Of a stretch of DNA of 64,000 nucleotides, positions 52,045 to 64,000 are shown in pieces. Under the pieces are notes generated by a model, which searched no databases, was not told the origin of the DNA, and saw only the letters and a list, made by a program, of their open reading frames with translations. Numbering within the stretch: the stretch's first letter is position 1; each line of letters opens with the position of its first letter. Origin of the DNA: Eledone cirrhosa (taxonomy: Eukaryota); NCBI GenBank assembly GCA_964016885.1, contig OZ024752.1:21204001-21268000 (forward strand). The letters are read 5' to 3'. The position numbers were made by a program, and so were the translations under genes.

Positions 52045-54700
52045 ATATCATCATCTTCGTTTAACGTCCATGTTCCACGCTTGCATGGGTTTGGACGGGA
52101 GTTTTCCCACTTGACGCAAGAGTGGTTGTCATTGCTCGCATATGACTGTCTGGCGGGTTTTCTACAGTTGGATGCCCTTCCTAACACCAACCACATTTAC
52201 AGTGTGGGGCTGGGAGGTTTTTACCGTGTTGCCTACACGGCCACATTACAGCGTAGACTGTCTGGCGGATTTTCTACAGCTGGATGCCCTTCCTAACACC
52301 AACCACATTTACAGTGTGGGGCTGGGAGGTTTTTACCGTGTTGCCTACACGGCCACATTACAGCGTGGACTGTGTGTTTTTTGTCGTGACACCTACACGA
52401 TCTCATTTGTTTCGGCCTGGATGTTGTGGCACCAACATAACTTTACATTGAAAGGGGCGGTGTGGATGGGGTGGGGGTGGTGGGACGGGGTGTATTTTGT
52501 TAGAGATGGCTACTGACTGTAGTAGGTTTTACTTTGTATTTAGGTAAGGCGGGTCTTCTCTATTACTGAGTACCGCCATAGGTCTCGGTCCAGTGACATT
52601 GTCTTGGAGAGGTGTAAGTGTGTGAGGTCGGAATTTATCAGCTCGTCCCATGTTTTTCTGGGTCTGCCTACTCCGTGGCTACCGTCTATCTTTATTGCCC
52701 TGCACTTTGTTATACAGCTATCGTCTTTCATGCGCATCACGTGACCATACCAACGTAGCCTTCTCTCGAGTAAACAACATCTGATCCCTCTTATTTCTAA
52801 TTTTTTCCTTAGTTCGTTTATGCTTTGCCGTTCACGTATATTACTATTGCACATCCAGCGGAGCATGCAAGCTTCGTTCCTCTCTAGTCTGCGTATATCC
52901 TCTGCACACAATGCCCAGGTCTCACTGCCATGCAGCATTGCTGTTCGTATGCAGGCATCGTATAACCTGCCTTTCATTTTTAGGGAGAACCCTCTAGCGG
53001 CTAATAGTGGTATAAGCTCTCTGAACTTTTTCCATCCAGTTCTGACTCTAGCTACTGTACTTTCAGAGCACCCTCCCCCACTGCTGATTTTGTCACCCAG
53101 GTAACGGAAGCTGTCCACTATTTCTATAGAACCCTCTGCGCAGTTGAAGGAGCTAGTATTTTGTGGGCACTTGCTGCTACTTATTGCACCAGAGCACCGG
53201 CCACATGTAAAATCTATGTTCTTAGTTAGCTTACCTGTGATCCCACTACATCTTTTATGCACCCATACTTTGCATTTGGGACATAAAATGGAGTTTCTAC
53301 CTACGCCTTTCCTACACACTGAGCATGGCCACTTGCCGGAAGGGACCGCCACCTTATTTTCTTTCTTACAAACTAGAACTTTAGTCTTAGCCAGGTTAAT
53401 TTTAAGGCCTTTTGATTCTAGGCCGTGCTTCCATGTTTGGAATTTCTTCTCTAGTTCGGCCATTGATTCAGCTATGAGAGTTAGGTCATCTGCGTATAGG
53501 AGTTCCCATGGGCAGCCGGTCTTGAACTCCTCTGTTATAGCCTGAAGGGCAATAATAAATAGTAGGGGGCTAAGAACAGAGCCCTGATGGACACCAACTT
53601 TTATGCTAAACTCTTCACTATATTCGTTGTTAATTCTAACCTTGCTGACTGTTTCTTTATACATGGCTTGTATAGCTCTCACAAGCCATTCGTCAACACC
53701 TAGTTTTCTAAGAGCCCACCAGATAATGGAACGGGGGACTCTGTCGAAGGCTTTCTCCAAGTCGACAAAAGATAAGTATAGGGGTTTACTTTTAGCTAGG
53801 TACTTCTCCTGTAGTTGTCGTACAATGAAAAGAGCATCTGTGGTACTTTTGCCTGACACAAACCCGAACTGCATTTCATCTAGATCAATTCTCTCTCTGA
53901 TTAGTTGCGCTATTACTTTTTCCGTGACCTTCATGACCTGGTCGATTAATTTAATGCCTCTATAGTTACTCCTATCTAGGGCATCTCCTTTACCCTTATA
54001 ACAGTTAACGATGCTGCTGCTACGCCAGTCATTTGGTATGACCCCATTCTGTATGACTTGGTTAACTATCCGGGTGACCATGGTGTGTCCCACCGTTCCA
54101 GATGCCTTCAGCATCTCAGCAACTATTTCCGAAGGCCCAGCCGCCTTACCCGTCTTCATATCTTTGATTGCCTTACTTATTATACTACCCTCGACTAACA
54201 CTGCTGGTCCCTCTATTGGGTCGATGTGGCGGAGACTGTCTTTCTCCCATTTATTCTCCTCATTTAGTAGCCTTTCATAGTGACACTTCCAAGCTACCTT
54301 CTTATCAGCGTCGGTGATAGCAAGTACGCCCTCATCATTAAGGACACACTTCTCCCCGACAATATCACGGTTTTCCTTGACACATTGCCTAGCAATCCTG
54401 AACACCTCACGTTTTTGGTCCTCGCGTTGTAGAACATGCTTGAACTTTCTTTCCTCTGCTTCCCTTCTTGCGAAGTACACTTGTCTCCTAGCTTCCCTCC
54501 TGGCCACTTGATAGTCTTCTCTACTTCCCCCATCCCGCCATACTTTCCAAGCCTGCTTTTTGGCCTTAATTGACTCCTCCACCTTACTGTTCCACCACCA
54601 TGTTACTCTCCTCCTGCCTACAGGCCTGCTCCAGCCACAGACTTTGTCTGCCGCCATCAGCAGGTTTGCTTTCAGGAATTCCCACTGTTCCTCTATATTG
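52045..54700 (-). mobile_element. PHD-family RTE LINE, 5'-truncated, young
   Basis: Uninterrupted ORF, complete 3' UTR with an internal ~112 bp tandem duplication. Confidence 0.95.
52540..54700 (-). CDS. RTE reverse transcriptase (~720 aa open; endonuclease missing) with in-domain C4HC3 finger
   Basis: TWWWN, KAAGP, NYRGIKL, QFGF, FVDLEKAFD, GVHQGSVLSP, YADD, PHD-like insert, FRYLG, LRWYGH, GRPRKTW. Confidence 0.9.
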
Positions 54701-54798
54701 TACATATATATTTGTATATATATATATATGTATATATTATATATATATATGTATATAATATATACATATATATATATATATGTATATAATATATACAT

Positions 54799-54845
<47 letters not shown>

Positions 54846-55473
54846 TATATATATATAAAAATTAGAATTGGAGCTCTGAAATAGCAATATATATATGGAT
54901 GTATATATAATGTATTTTGCAATACACTTTATGCTTAATTAAAAGCATTTTGAAGACCGTAGGCTAATGTTTTAAAGTAGTGACAAATTCACTTACTTTG
55001 ATCTCAGCAAACAGGGGAGATAAGCCGACAAGTCTTGTTTCGCTTTGGTTGAAGCTTATCAAGGCCAACTACCCCTCCTGTCTACCGAGATCACTAATGT
55101 TATATTCTTATAGAAATCTAGTAAATAATCAGGAGCTGATTATGCAGAGCGGTTGTTGGTCAGGCAGAAATTAGAAATTAGAATTGGAGCTCTGAAATAG
55201 CAATATATATATGGATGTATATATAATGTATTTTGCCGAGTAGGACGCCGACGCCTGACCTCAAGCCGTTTCGCCGGCTAATTCTGGACTAAAATCATAT
55301 AAGTTTTATATAACATAACATTTTAGTCCAGAATTAGCCGTCGAAACAGCTTGAGCTCAGCCGTCGGGGTTCTACTCGTTCCTATATGTATATATATATA
55401 TGTGTATATAATATATACATATATATATATATATAAATATATATATATGTATATATATATATATGTATATATA

Positions 55474-55987
55474 AGAGGATTGCAATGATGAAGGAGATAA
55501 GCTACTGGGAGAGGCTAAAAGAACTGAACCTCTGCTCCTTGGAACGAAGACGGGAGAGATACACAGTGATATACATGTGGAAAATCCTGGAGGGACTAAC
55601 ACCAAACTTTGGCATTGGGAGCTGAACCAACACCCAAACAGGACGTCACTGTGTGGTGCCAAAAGTCCTGTCTTCCACATCTAGAATAAGGAGCAGATAT
55701 TGCAATAGCTTGGGGTTCAAGGGCCCTCAACTCTTCAACAAGTTGCTGAGAGATCTGAGAGATCTGCATGGTGTGGACGTGGATGTCTTCAAGAAACATC
55801 TAGACACCTTGCTAACCAGGATCCCGGATGAGCCCACAGCAAGGCACGAGGGAAACCTAAGGGCAGCAGCAATGAACTCTATCTTGTACCAGTGGCCAAC
55901 CAATACAGGCTGGAGATAAAATGTGTAGCAACAAGGGCAGTTCCCCAGCATGGCCTCAGCCAGATTTCTGGAACAGGTAAAAGAGTA
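55474..55987 (+). mobile_element. CR1/L2-group LINE 3' fragment; its tail also occurs at 7341-7395
   Basis: YWERLKELNLCSLERRRERY, GPQLFNKL, FKKHLD...IPDEP. Tail ccccagcatggcc...gtaaaagag. Confidence 0.75.
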
Positions 55988-56476
55988 TATGTATATATAT
56001 AATATATATATATAAATATATATATCCAAAATTAAATTAAATTAAATTAAAGGAGTCATGTCCGAGACATGCGCCATATCCACTGTAGAATATGCTCCAA
56101 GATTCCAATGAACAGATCCGAGCATTTTATATCAACTAGAAATTGATTGACATATATATATCTAAAATAAACATATGAAACAATCACAGGGAATAATTTG
56201 TAAAAGTGTGTAAGCACACATAGCTCTGTAGGTAACTAATTAAAGTTTAACTAGAACTTTAAAAATAGATACCTTATAAATGGATTAATCTTCCTTGTAT
56301 ATATTTCATTAAAGAAATATATTTCACCATCAATCATTCGGTAAACCACAGTAGCCAAATAATTTTACAAATAATTTTACAAATTATTCCCTGTGATTGT
56401 TTCATATGTTTATTTTAGATATATATATATGTCAATCAATTTCTAGTTGATATATATATATAAATATATATATATA

Positions 56477-56507
<31 letters not shown>

Positions 56508-56536
56508 TATATGTTTATATATATATAATATATAAA

Positions 56537-58565
56537 CATAGGGAGAAACCCTTCTTTGTCAACAGAGGAAGCAGCTCCCTAAACTTCTTCCAACCCGTCC
56601 TTATTCTAGATACTATGGCCTCGGAACACCGCCCTCCCATGCTAATCTGATTGCCTAGGTACCGGAAGATATAAACCACTTCTATAGAACCCACCTGCAT
56701 TTGAAAAATGTGTCTATCACTGTGATTACTACTGCCAACTTTCCCTGTACATCTACTGCATACATAGTTTTCCCTACGTGTTAGTTTGCCTGCCATCCCA
56801 CTACATCTCTTGTGTACCCAAGATCTGCATTGCGTATATTTTATGGAATTTATGCCAGTTCATTTCCCACATATCGAATATGGCCATTTCCCTGATGGAA
56901 TCAGAGTTTTGTCCTCTCTTCTACTTATCAACACTTTTGTCTTAGCTATGTTCACTCTCAGACCTCTAGATTCCAACTGCTGTTTCCATAGCCAGAATTT
57001 ATTCTCTAGCTCCTCTATTGATTCTGCTATAAGAACCAGATCATCAGCATAGAGAAGTTCCCATGAGCATCCAGTCTTAAACTCCTTTGTTATGGCTTGG
57101 AGGACTATAATGAACAAGAGTGGGCTGAGGACCGAACCCTGATGTACACCTACTTGTATCTGGAATTCCTCACTAAACTCCATGCCTACTCTCATTTTAC
57201 TGACACACCCCTGTACATAGCTTGCACTGTCCTCACAAGCCATTCCTCTACAGCTAGTTTCCTTAGGGACCACCAGATGGCAGATCGGGGTACCCTATCA
57301 AAGGCCTTCTCTAGGTCAACAAAAGCTAAGTCTAGTGGGTTATTCTTCTCTTAGAACCTCTCTTGTAGTTGCCTCACTAAGAAGAGGGCATCTATTGTAC
57401 TTTTCTCAGGCACAACACCAAACTGCATCTCATCTAATTTGACCCTTTATCTAATCAGTTGCGCTAATATTCTCTCTGCAACTTTCATAACCTGATCCAT
57501 CAGCTTTAAGCCCCTATAATTGCTCCTCTCTAGAGCATCCCCTTTACCTTTGTAGCAATTTATGAGAATACTGCTGCACCAGTCTTTGGGTATGACACCA
57601 CCATATATAGCTTGATTCATGATGCATGCAACCAGTTTAGGGCCTACTTCTCCTGATGCCTTCAGTATCTCAGAAACTATCACCTCTTGGACCCTATATT
57701 CCTCAATCTCAATAGCTGGTCCCTCTGTCAGATCTACTGAGGGTAATTTCTCTCTCTCCCATTCGTTCTCCACATTCATCAGTCTCTCATAATGACATTT
57801 CCAGGCCTCCTTTTTTTGATCATTCGTGACACTAATTACACCGGCATCATTCCGGACACACTTATCTCCAACAACATCCTGATTTGCACTGACACACTGC
57901 CTTGCAATGTGGAACACCGCATGTCTCTGATCTTTCCATCGCAGAACATTGCAAACCTCCTACTAGCAGCCTCCCTGCTTGCTAAGTACATCTGACGTCT
58001 AGCTTCTCTCTTAGCAACTGTGTATCCCTCCCTACTCCCACCATTTTTCCAAGCCTTCCATGCCAGTCTTTTGTCTCTAATGGCCCTATCTACTGTGCTG
58101 TTCCACCACCAAGTCACTCTCTGTCTGGTTGGAACTCTGCTCCAGCCACAAGTTTCTTCAGTAGCCTGCAGTAAGTTGTCACGCAAGAAATTCCAGTTAT
58201 CATCTATGTCATACAACTCTAAATCGTCTTCTTTTTCGTCATACACGTCTTGAAGGGCTTTCCTAAATTTGTATTTTAATGAAAGGTCTTTTAGCTTGCA
58301 GACCTTTCTTTTCCACACCTTCCTGTATGTCTCATTCTTTCTCATGTTTACTGAGATGTCACTAACAACTAACCTATGCTGTGGGGTACATTCTTCCCCA
58401 GCGTATGCCTTAGTATTTGACACCATCTGTTTGTCTTGCTGTCTAACTTGCAGGAAGTCAATCTGGCTTATGTGCTCGCCTGATTTGTAGGTTATTAGGT
58501 GGTTGGTAGGCTTCTGGAAGTTAGTGTTGCAAATGGTTAGTGCATTTGCATCACAAAATTCAAGA
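56537..58565 (-). mobile_element. PHD-family RTE LINE (divergent subfamily), degenerate, truncated at both ends
   Basis: EECTPQHRLVVSD, TWWWN, NYRGLKL, GVHQGSVLSP, YADD, VHKRC...CSRC, FRYLG. Confidence 0.9.
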
Positions 58566-58677
58566 AACCTCAGAAACGTCTCGATTCTACGAAGCAGTTT
58601 CCAAATTGGAAACTCTGCTTCGTAGAATTGAGACGTATCTCATGACCTTGCGATTTCAGATATACATGTATATATAT

Positions 58678-58732
<55 letters not shown>

Positions 58733-59026
58733 TGTGTATATATATATATATATATTTATTAAAGTTTAAGCAAAGAATTGTTGCTTTCACCCTTAACGGG
58801 ATCTTCTGAAACTAAAAAAGTCAATCTGTGAACGCAGAAGTAAATATTTCAAAAAACGTTGCAATACGTAGGTAATACGTCATAATTTGGTGCGGTGAAA
58901 ACAATTACATGCGAAGACAAAACCACGTTTATGGTATAAATGAAGTTGTAGACTAATATTCTATTAGGTGGTTCATAGAGACGTTCTCTGGCAATGAACG
59001 GAAAAAAATGAAGATAATACGTCATT

Positions 59027-60250
59027 ATGTGGAGTGGTGAGAACAATTACACGAAAAGACAAATTAAGGATTCTAATGCCGTGCACGTCCACTCCGACAA
59101 AACTGGTAATCTATATCAAGTGGACCGCAGTACTTACCATCAACTGTTACATAATGTTGTAACTAAGGATTACCGTAAAACTAATCGGAGCGTCATTAAT
59201 GAAATCAACGATGCTGGGTTTAAAATCACCTCTGATCTCAACATCCTGGACCGGTTTGAACCTCTGGACACTATTTCTTCCCACTTTACCCTGAAGGATC
59301 ACAAATCCAATTTCCTGAACTACCCCTCTATTCAGCTTATTAACCTTACAAAGTTCAATTTAGGTAGACTTAGTAAAAGGATTTTAGATAGAATTATACC
59401 TGAAATTAGACGTTTGGCCCCTCTTGCACTGTGGAACAATTCTTTCGCGGTGATTGATTGGTTCAACGGCATATGCAACAAGGAACATTGCCGTTTTATC
59501 CAATTCGACATCAATAACTACTACTCCTCCATCACTTTACCACTTCTTAGAGCTATCAATTTCGCTAAAACACTCACAGTGGTTAAGAATTTCGAAGTTG
59601 ATGTCATCCTCAATGCCCGTAAGTCGGTGATTAATTTCGACGACTCTATTTGGATTAAAAAATCTAATAGTACCCCATTCGACATGAGTATGGGCGCCAG
59701 CGATTCTGCAGAGGTTACAGATCTTATCGGCCTTTTCCTTCTTTTCTCTATCAAGGAAGAATTCCCCAACGTGGGCAGTGGTTTGTACTGTGCGGTCCAT
59801 GCGCTTACAACAGATTCAGAAAAGAATTCACAGCCTTCTTTAAAGGCTTCAACCCCTTCATACAGGTTGAGGCCAACCTCTCAGTCGTTAATTACCTCGA
59901 CGTTACCCTCAATTTGTCGAATGGCTAACACTACCCGTATAGAAAACCGAATGATATGCTTAATTACATAAGTAAGCATTCTAACCATCCTGCCAGCATA
60001 ACCAAGAACCTGGTAAGAAACGTTTCTTTGAGGCTTTCCCGTCTATCTACAAATGAGCATATTTTCACCGACCATTCCACATATTACAATGAAGCTCTTG
60101 TTCAGAGTGGATTTGTCGATAAGGTAGCTTACACAGAGTATTATGGAATTACCCCTTGAAAAGTTTGGCTATTCATTACCACGTTAAAAATCTATTTTAG
60201 TCCAGAAATAGCCGTTGAAGCGGCTTGATCTCTGCCGTCAGGGTCCTGAA
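59027..60250 (+). mobile_element. Naiad-type Penelope RT fragment with internal deletions and a degenerate hammerhead (~60151-60244)
   Basis: SDKTGNLY, TLKDHK, FIQFDINNYY, MGASDSAEVTDLIG, YISKHSNHP. Confidence 0.85.
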
Positions 60251-60280
60251 CATTTTCCCATATATATATTTGTATATATG

Positions 60281-60313
<33 letters not shown>

Positions 60314-60319
60314 CATAAT

Positions 60320-62980
60320 CATCATCATCATCATCGTTTAACGTCTATCTGCCACACTAGCATGGGTTTAGATGGGAATTGTCCCATGTGAGGCAAGATA
60401 GGTTGTCATGCTTATATAGGACTGTCTGGCAGGTTTTCTATGGCTGGATGTCCTTCCTAACACCAACCACATTTACAGTGTGGACTGGGAGGTTTTAACC
60501 GTGTTACCTACAGTGCCACATTACAGCGTGGACTGTGTTTTTTTTTTTGTCGTGACACCTACATGACCTCATTTATTTAGGACTGGATGTTGTGGTACCA
60601 ACATAACTTTACAGAGAAAAGGTGGTGTAGATGGGGGTGGGGGTAGGGGTAGTGGGATGGGGGTGTATTTTTGATTAAGAGGTGATTACTGACTGTAGAT
60701 TTCGCTTTGTATTTAGGCAAGGCGGGTCTTCTGTATTACTGCGTAGCGCCAAAGATCTCGGTCCAGTGACATTGTCTTAGAGAGGTGTAAGTGTGTAAGG
60801 TCGGAATTTATCAAATCGTCCCAGGTTTTTCTGGGTCTGCCTACTCTATAGCTTCCATCTATTTTGATCGCCCTGCACTTTTTTATACAGCTGTCGTCTT
60901 TCATGTGCATCACGTGACCGTACCAACGTAGTCTTCTCTTGAGTAAACAACATCTGATCCCTCTTATTCCTAATTTCTCCCTTAGTTCGTTTATGCTTTG
61001 CCGTTCACATATATTACTATTACACATCCAACGGAGCATGCAAGCTTCATTCCTTTCCAGTCTGCGCAGATCCTCTGCACACAATGCCCATGTCTTACTG
61101 CCATGTAACATTGCTGTTCGTATGCAGGCATCATACAGTCTGCCTTTTGTTTTTAGAGAGAAACCTTTAGGGGCCAATAGTGGTATAAGCTCTCTGAGCT
61201 TTTTCCATCCCGTTCTGACTCTAGCTACAGTACTTTCAGAGCACCCTCCACCACTTCTGATTTTGTCACCCAGGTAGCAGAAGGTGTCTACTATTTCTAT
61301 AGAACCATGTGGGCAATAGAAGGAGTTAGTATCCTGTGGGCACTTGCTACTACTTATTACACCTGAGCACCGGCCACATATGAAATCTATGTTCTTACTT
61401 AGCTTACCACTAATCCTACTACATCTTTTATGCACCCATACTTTGCATTTGGGACATAAAATGGAGTTTCTGCCTATTCCTTTCCTACACTCTGAGCATG
61501 GCCATTTCCCAGAGGGGACCAGTGCCCTATTTTCCTTCCTACATACTAGAACTTTAGTCTGAGACAAGTTAACTTTAAGGCCTTTTGATTTTAGGCCATG
61601 CTTCCATGTTTGGAATTTCTTCTCTAGTTCAGCCATTGATTCAGCTATTGAGCGTTAGATCATCTGCGTATAGAAGTTCCCATGGGCAGCCGGTCTTGAA
61701 CTCGTCTGTTATAGCCTGAAGGGCAATAATAAATAGGAGGGGGCTAAGGACAGAGCCCTGATGAACACCAACTTTTAAGCTAAATTCTTCACTATATTCG
61801 TTGTTAATTCTAACCTTGCTGACTGTTTCTTTATACATGGCTTGTATAGCTCTCACAAGCCATTCATCAACACCTAGTTTTCTAAGAGCCCACCAGATAA
61901 TGGAACATGGGACTCTGTCAAAGGCTTTCTCCAAGTCAACAAAAGCTAAGTAGAGGGGTTTACTTTTAGCTAGGTACTTCTCCTGTAGTTGTCGTACAAG
62001 AAAAGAGCATCTGTGGTACTTTTACTTGATACAAACCCAAACTGCAGTTCATCTAGATCGATTTGCTCTCTGATTAGTTGTGTTATAACTCTTTCTGTGA
62101 CTTTCATGACCTGGTCAACTAACTTAATGCCTCTATAGTTTCCCCTATCTAGGGCATCTCCTTTACTCTTGTAGCAGTTAATGATGATGATGCTACACCA
62201 GTCATTTGGTATGACCCCATTCTGTATTACTTGGTTTACTATCCAGGTGATGTCTTACCATTCCAGATGCTTTCAACATCTCAGCAACTATCTCCCAGCT
62301 TCTTTGCCTGTCTTCATATCTTTGATTGCCTTACTTATTATACTACCATTAACTTGCACAGCTGGTTCCTCTATTGGATCTATTTGGGGCAGACTATCTT
62401 TTTCCCATTTATTCTCCTGATTTAGTAGTCTCTCATAGTGACACTTCCAAGCTACCTTCTTATCAATATCAGTGAGGGCAAGTGTACCATTCTCATTATG
62501 GACACACTTCTCCCTGACAATAGCATGGTTTTCCATGACACATTGTCTGGCAATTCTGAACACCTCACGTTTTTGGTCCTCGTCGTGTAGAAAATGCTTG
62601 AACTTTCTTTCCTCTGCTTTCCTTCTTGCAAAGCACATTTGCCGCCTAGCTTCTCTCCTGAGCATTTGATAGTGTTCTCTACTACCTCCATCCCGCCATA
62701 TTTTCCAAGCCTTCTTTTTGGCTTTGATTCTCCCCTTCACCTTACTGTTCCAACACCAAGTTAATCGCTTCCTGCCTATAGGTCTGCTCCAGCCACAGAT
62801 TTCATCTGTTGCCTTCAGCAGGTTAACTTTTAAGAATTCCTAATGTTCCTCTATATTGTTCATCTCTAATCGCCCTTCCTTACTGTAAAAAGCATAAAGT
62901 AATAAGCTTTTAAATTTTTTACTCTCTATGCAGTCCTTCAACTTCCCTATTCTTCTCCTCAGAGTAGTCCTCATCTGTCG
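60320..62980 (-). mobile_element. PHD-family RTE LINE, 5'-truncated, few frameshifts
   Basis: Close paralogue of 52045-54700 with an intact C4HC3 finger. Confidence 0.92.
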
Positions 62981-62982
62981 AA

Positions 62983-63946
62983 ATACTGTTGAAAATATAT
63001 AGTATAGTATTACTGTTGAAAATATATAGTATAGTAATACTGTTGAAAATATATAGTATAGTAATACTGTTGAAAATATATAGTATAGTAATACTGTTGA
63101 AAATATATAGTACAGTACAGTATTACTGTTGAAAATATATAGTATAGTATTACTGTTGAAAATATATAGTATAGTACAATATTACTGTTGAAAATATATA
63201 GTATAGTATTACTGTTGAAAATATATAGTACAGCATTACTGTTGAAAATATATAATACGGCATTACTGTTGAAAATATATAGTACAGTACAGTATTACTG
63301 TTGAAAATATATAGTATAGTACAGTATTACTGTTGAAAATATATAGTACAGTACAGTATTTATGTTGAAAATATATAGTACAGTATTACTGTTGAAAATA
63401 TATAGTATAGTACAGTATTACTGTTGAAAATATATATTACAGTACAGTATTTATGTTGAAAATATATAGTACAGTATTACTGTTGAAAATATATAGTATA
63501 GTACAGTATTACTGTTGAAAATATATATTACAGTACAGTATTACTGTTGAAAATATATAGTACAGTATTACTGTTAAAAATATATTGTATAGTATTACTG
63601 TTGAAAACATAGTATAGTATAGTATTACTGTGGAAAATATATAGTATAGTACAATATTACTGTTGAAAATATATAGTATAGTATTACTGTTGAAAACATA
63701 TAGTATAGTATTACTGTGGAAAATATATAGTATAGTACAATATTACTGTTGAAAATATATAGTATAGTACAGTATTACTTTTGAAAATATATAGTATTGT
63801 ATAGTATTACTGTTGAAAATATATAGTATAGTATTACTGTTAAAAACATATAGTATTGTATTACTGTGGAAAATATATAGTACAGTACAGTATTACTGTT
63901 GAAAATATATAGTACAGTACAGTATTACTGTTGAAAATATATAGTA
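62983..63946. repeat. AT-rich minisatellite, 27/32-bp units
   Basis: Unit tactgttgaaaatatatagta(t/c)agtat with an optional extra acagt/atagt pentamer. Confidence 0.95.
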
Positions 63947-64000
63947 CTAGCAGTGGTACCCGGCGTTGCACGAGATAAGGTATTTTGGAATGCCGGCCGC
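63947..64000 (-). mobile_element. Helitron-like 3' terminus (element continues beyond the window); related fragment ~10635-10660
   Basis: Minus strand reads ctcg-tgcaacgc-cggg taccactg CTAG|T. Confidence 0.6.

Overview
AT-rich eukaryotic DNA, most likely a coleoid cephalopod such as Octopus (inferred from the SINE/RTE repertoire and abundant (TA)n). Most ORF-track entries are microsatellite artefacts (YIYI...). The only host-gene signal is three, possibly four, phase-compatible plus-strand exons of an unidentified coiled-coil protein (about 21.9-28.6 kb). The rest is a mosaic of mobile DNA. It includes an RTE LINE family with a C4HC3 PHD-type finger inserted inside the RT domain, an RTE 3' end with three C2H2 fingers, a third RTE-like family and CR1-group fragments. 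There are several Penelope-like elements (Naiad-type and Neptune-like GIY-YIG), a near-intact DD37D/maT transposon, a non-coding LTR element with a tRNA-Trp PBS nested in a Penelope pLTR, Helitron ends, MITEs, tRNA-SINEs and two minisatellites. The most notable signal is about 15 hammerhead ribozyme motifs read by eye. Among them are two related non-coding 430-465 bp circularly permuted units that look like retrozymes. They share a conserved octamer-containing hairpin upstream of the ribozyme and, like many other short inserts here, sit as fold-back structures in (TA)n tracts. All calls are by eye; no searches or folding computations were run.
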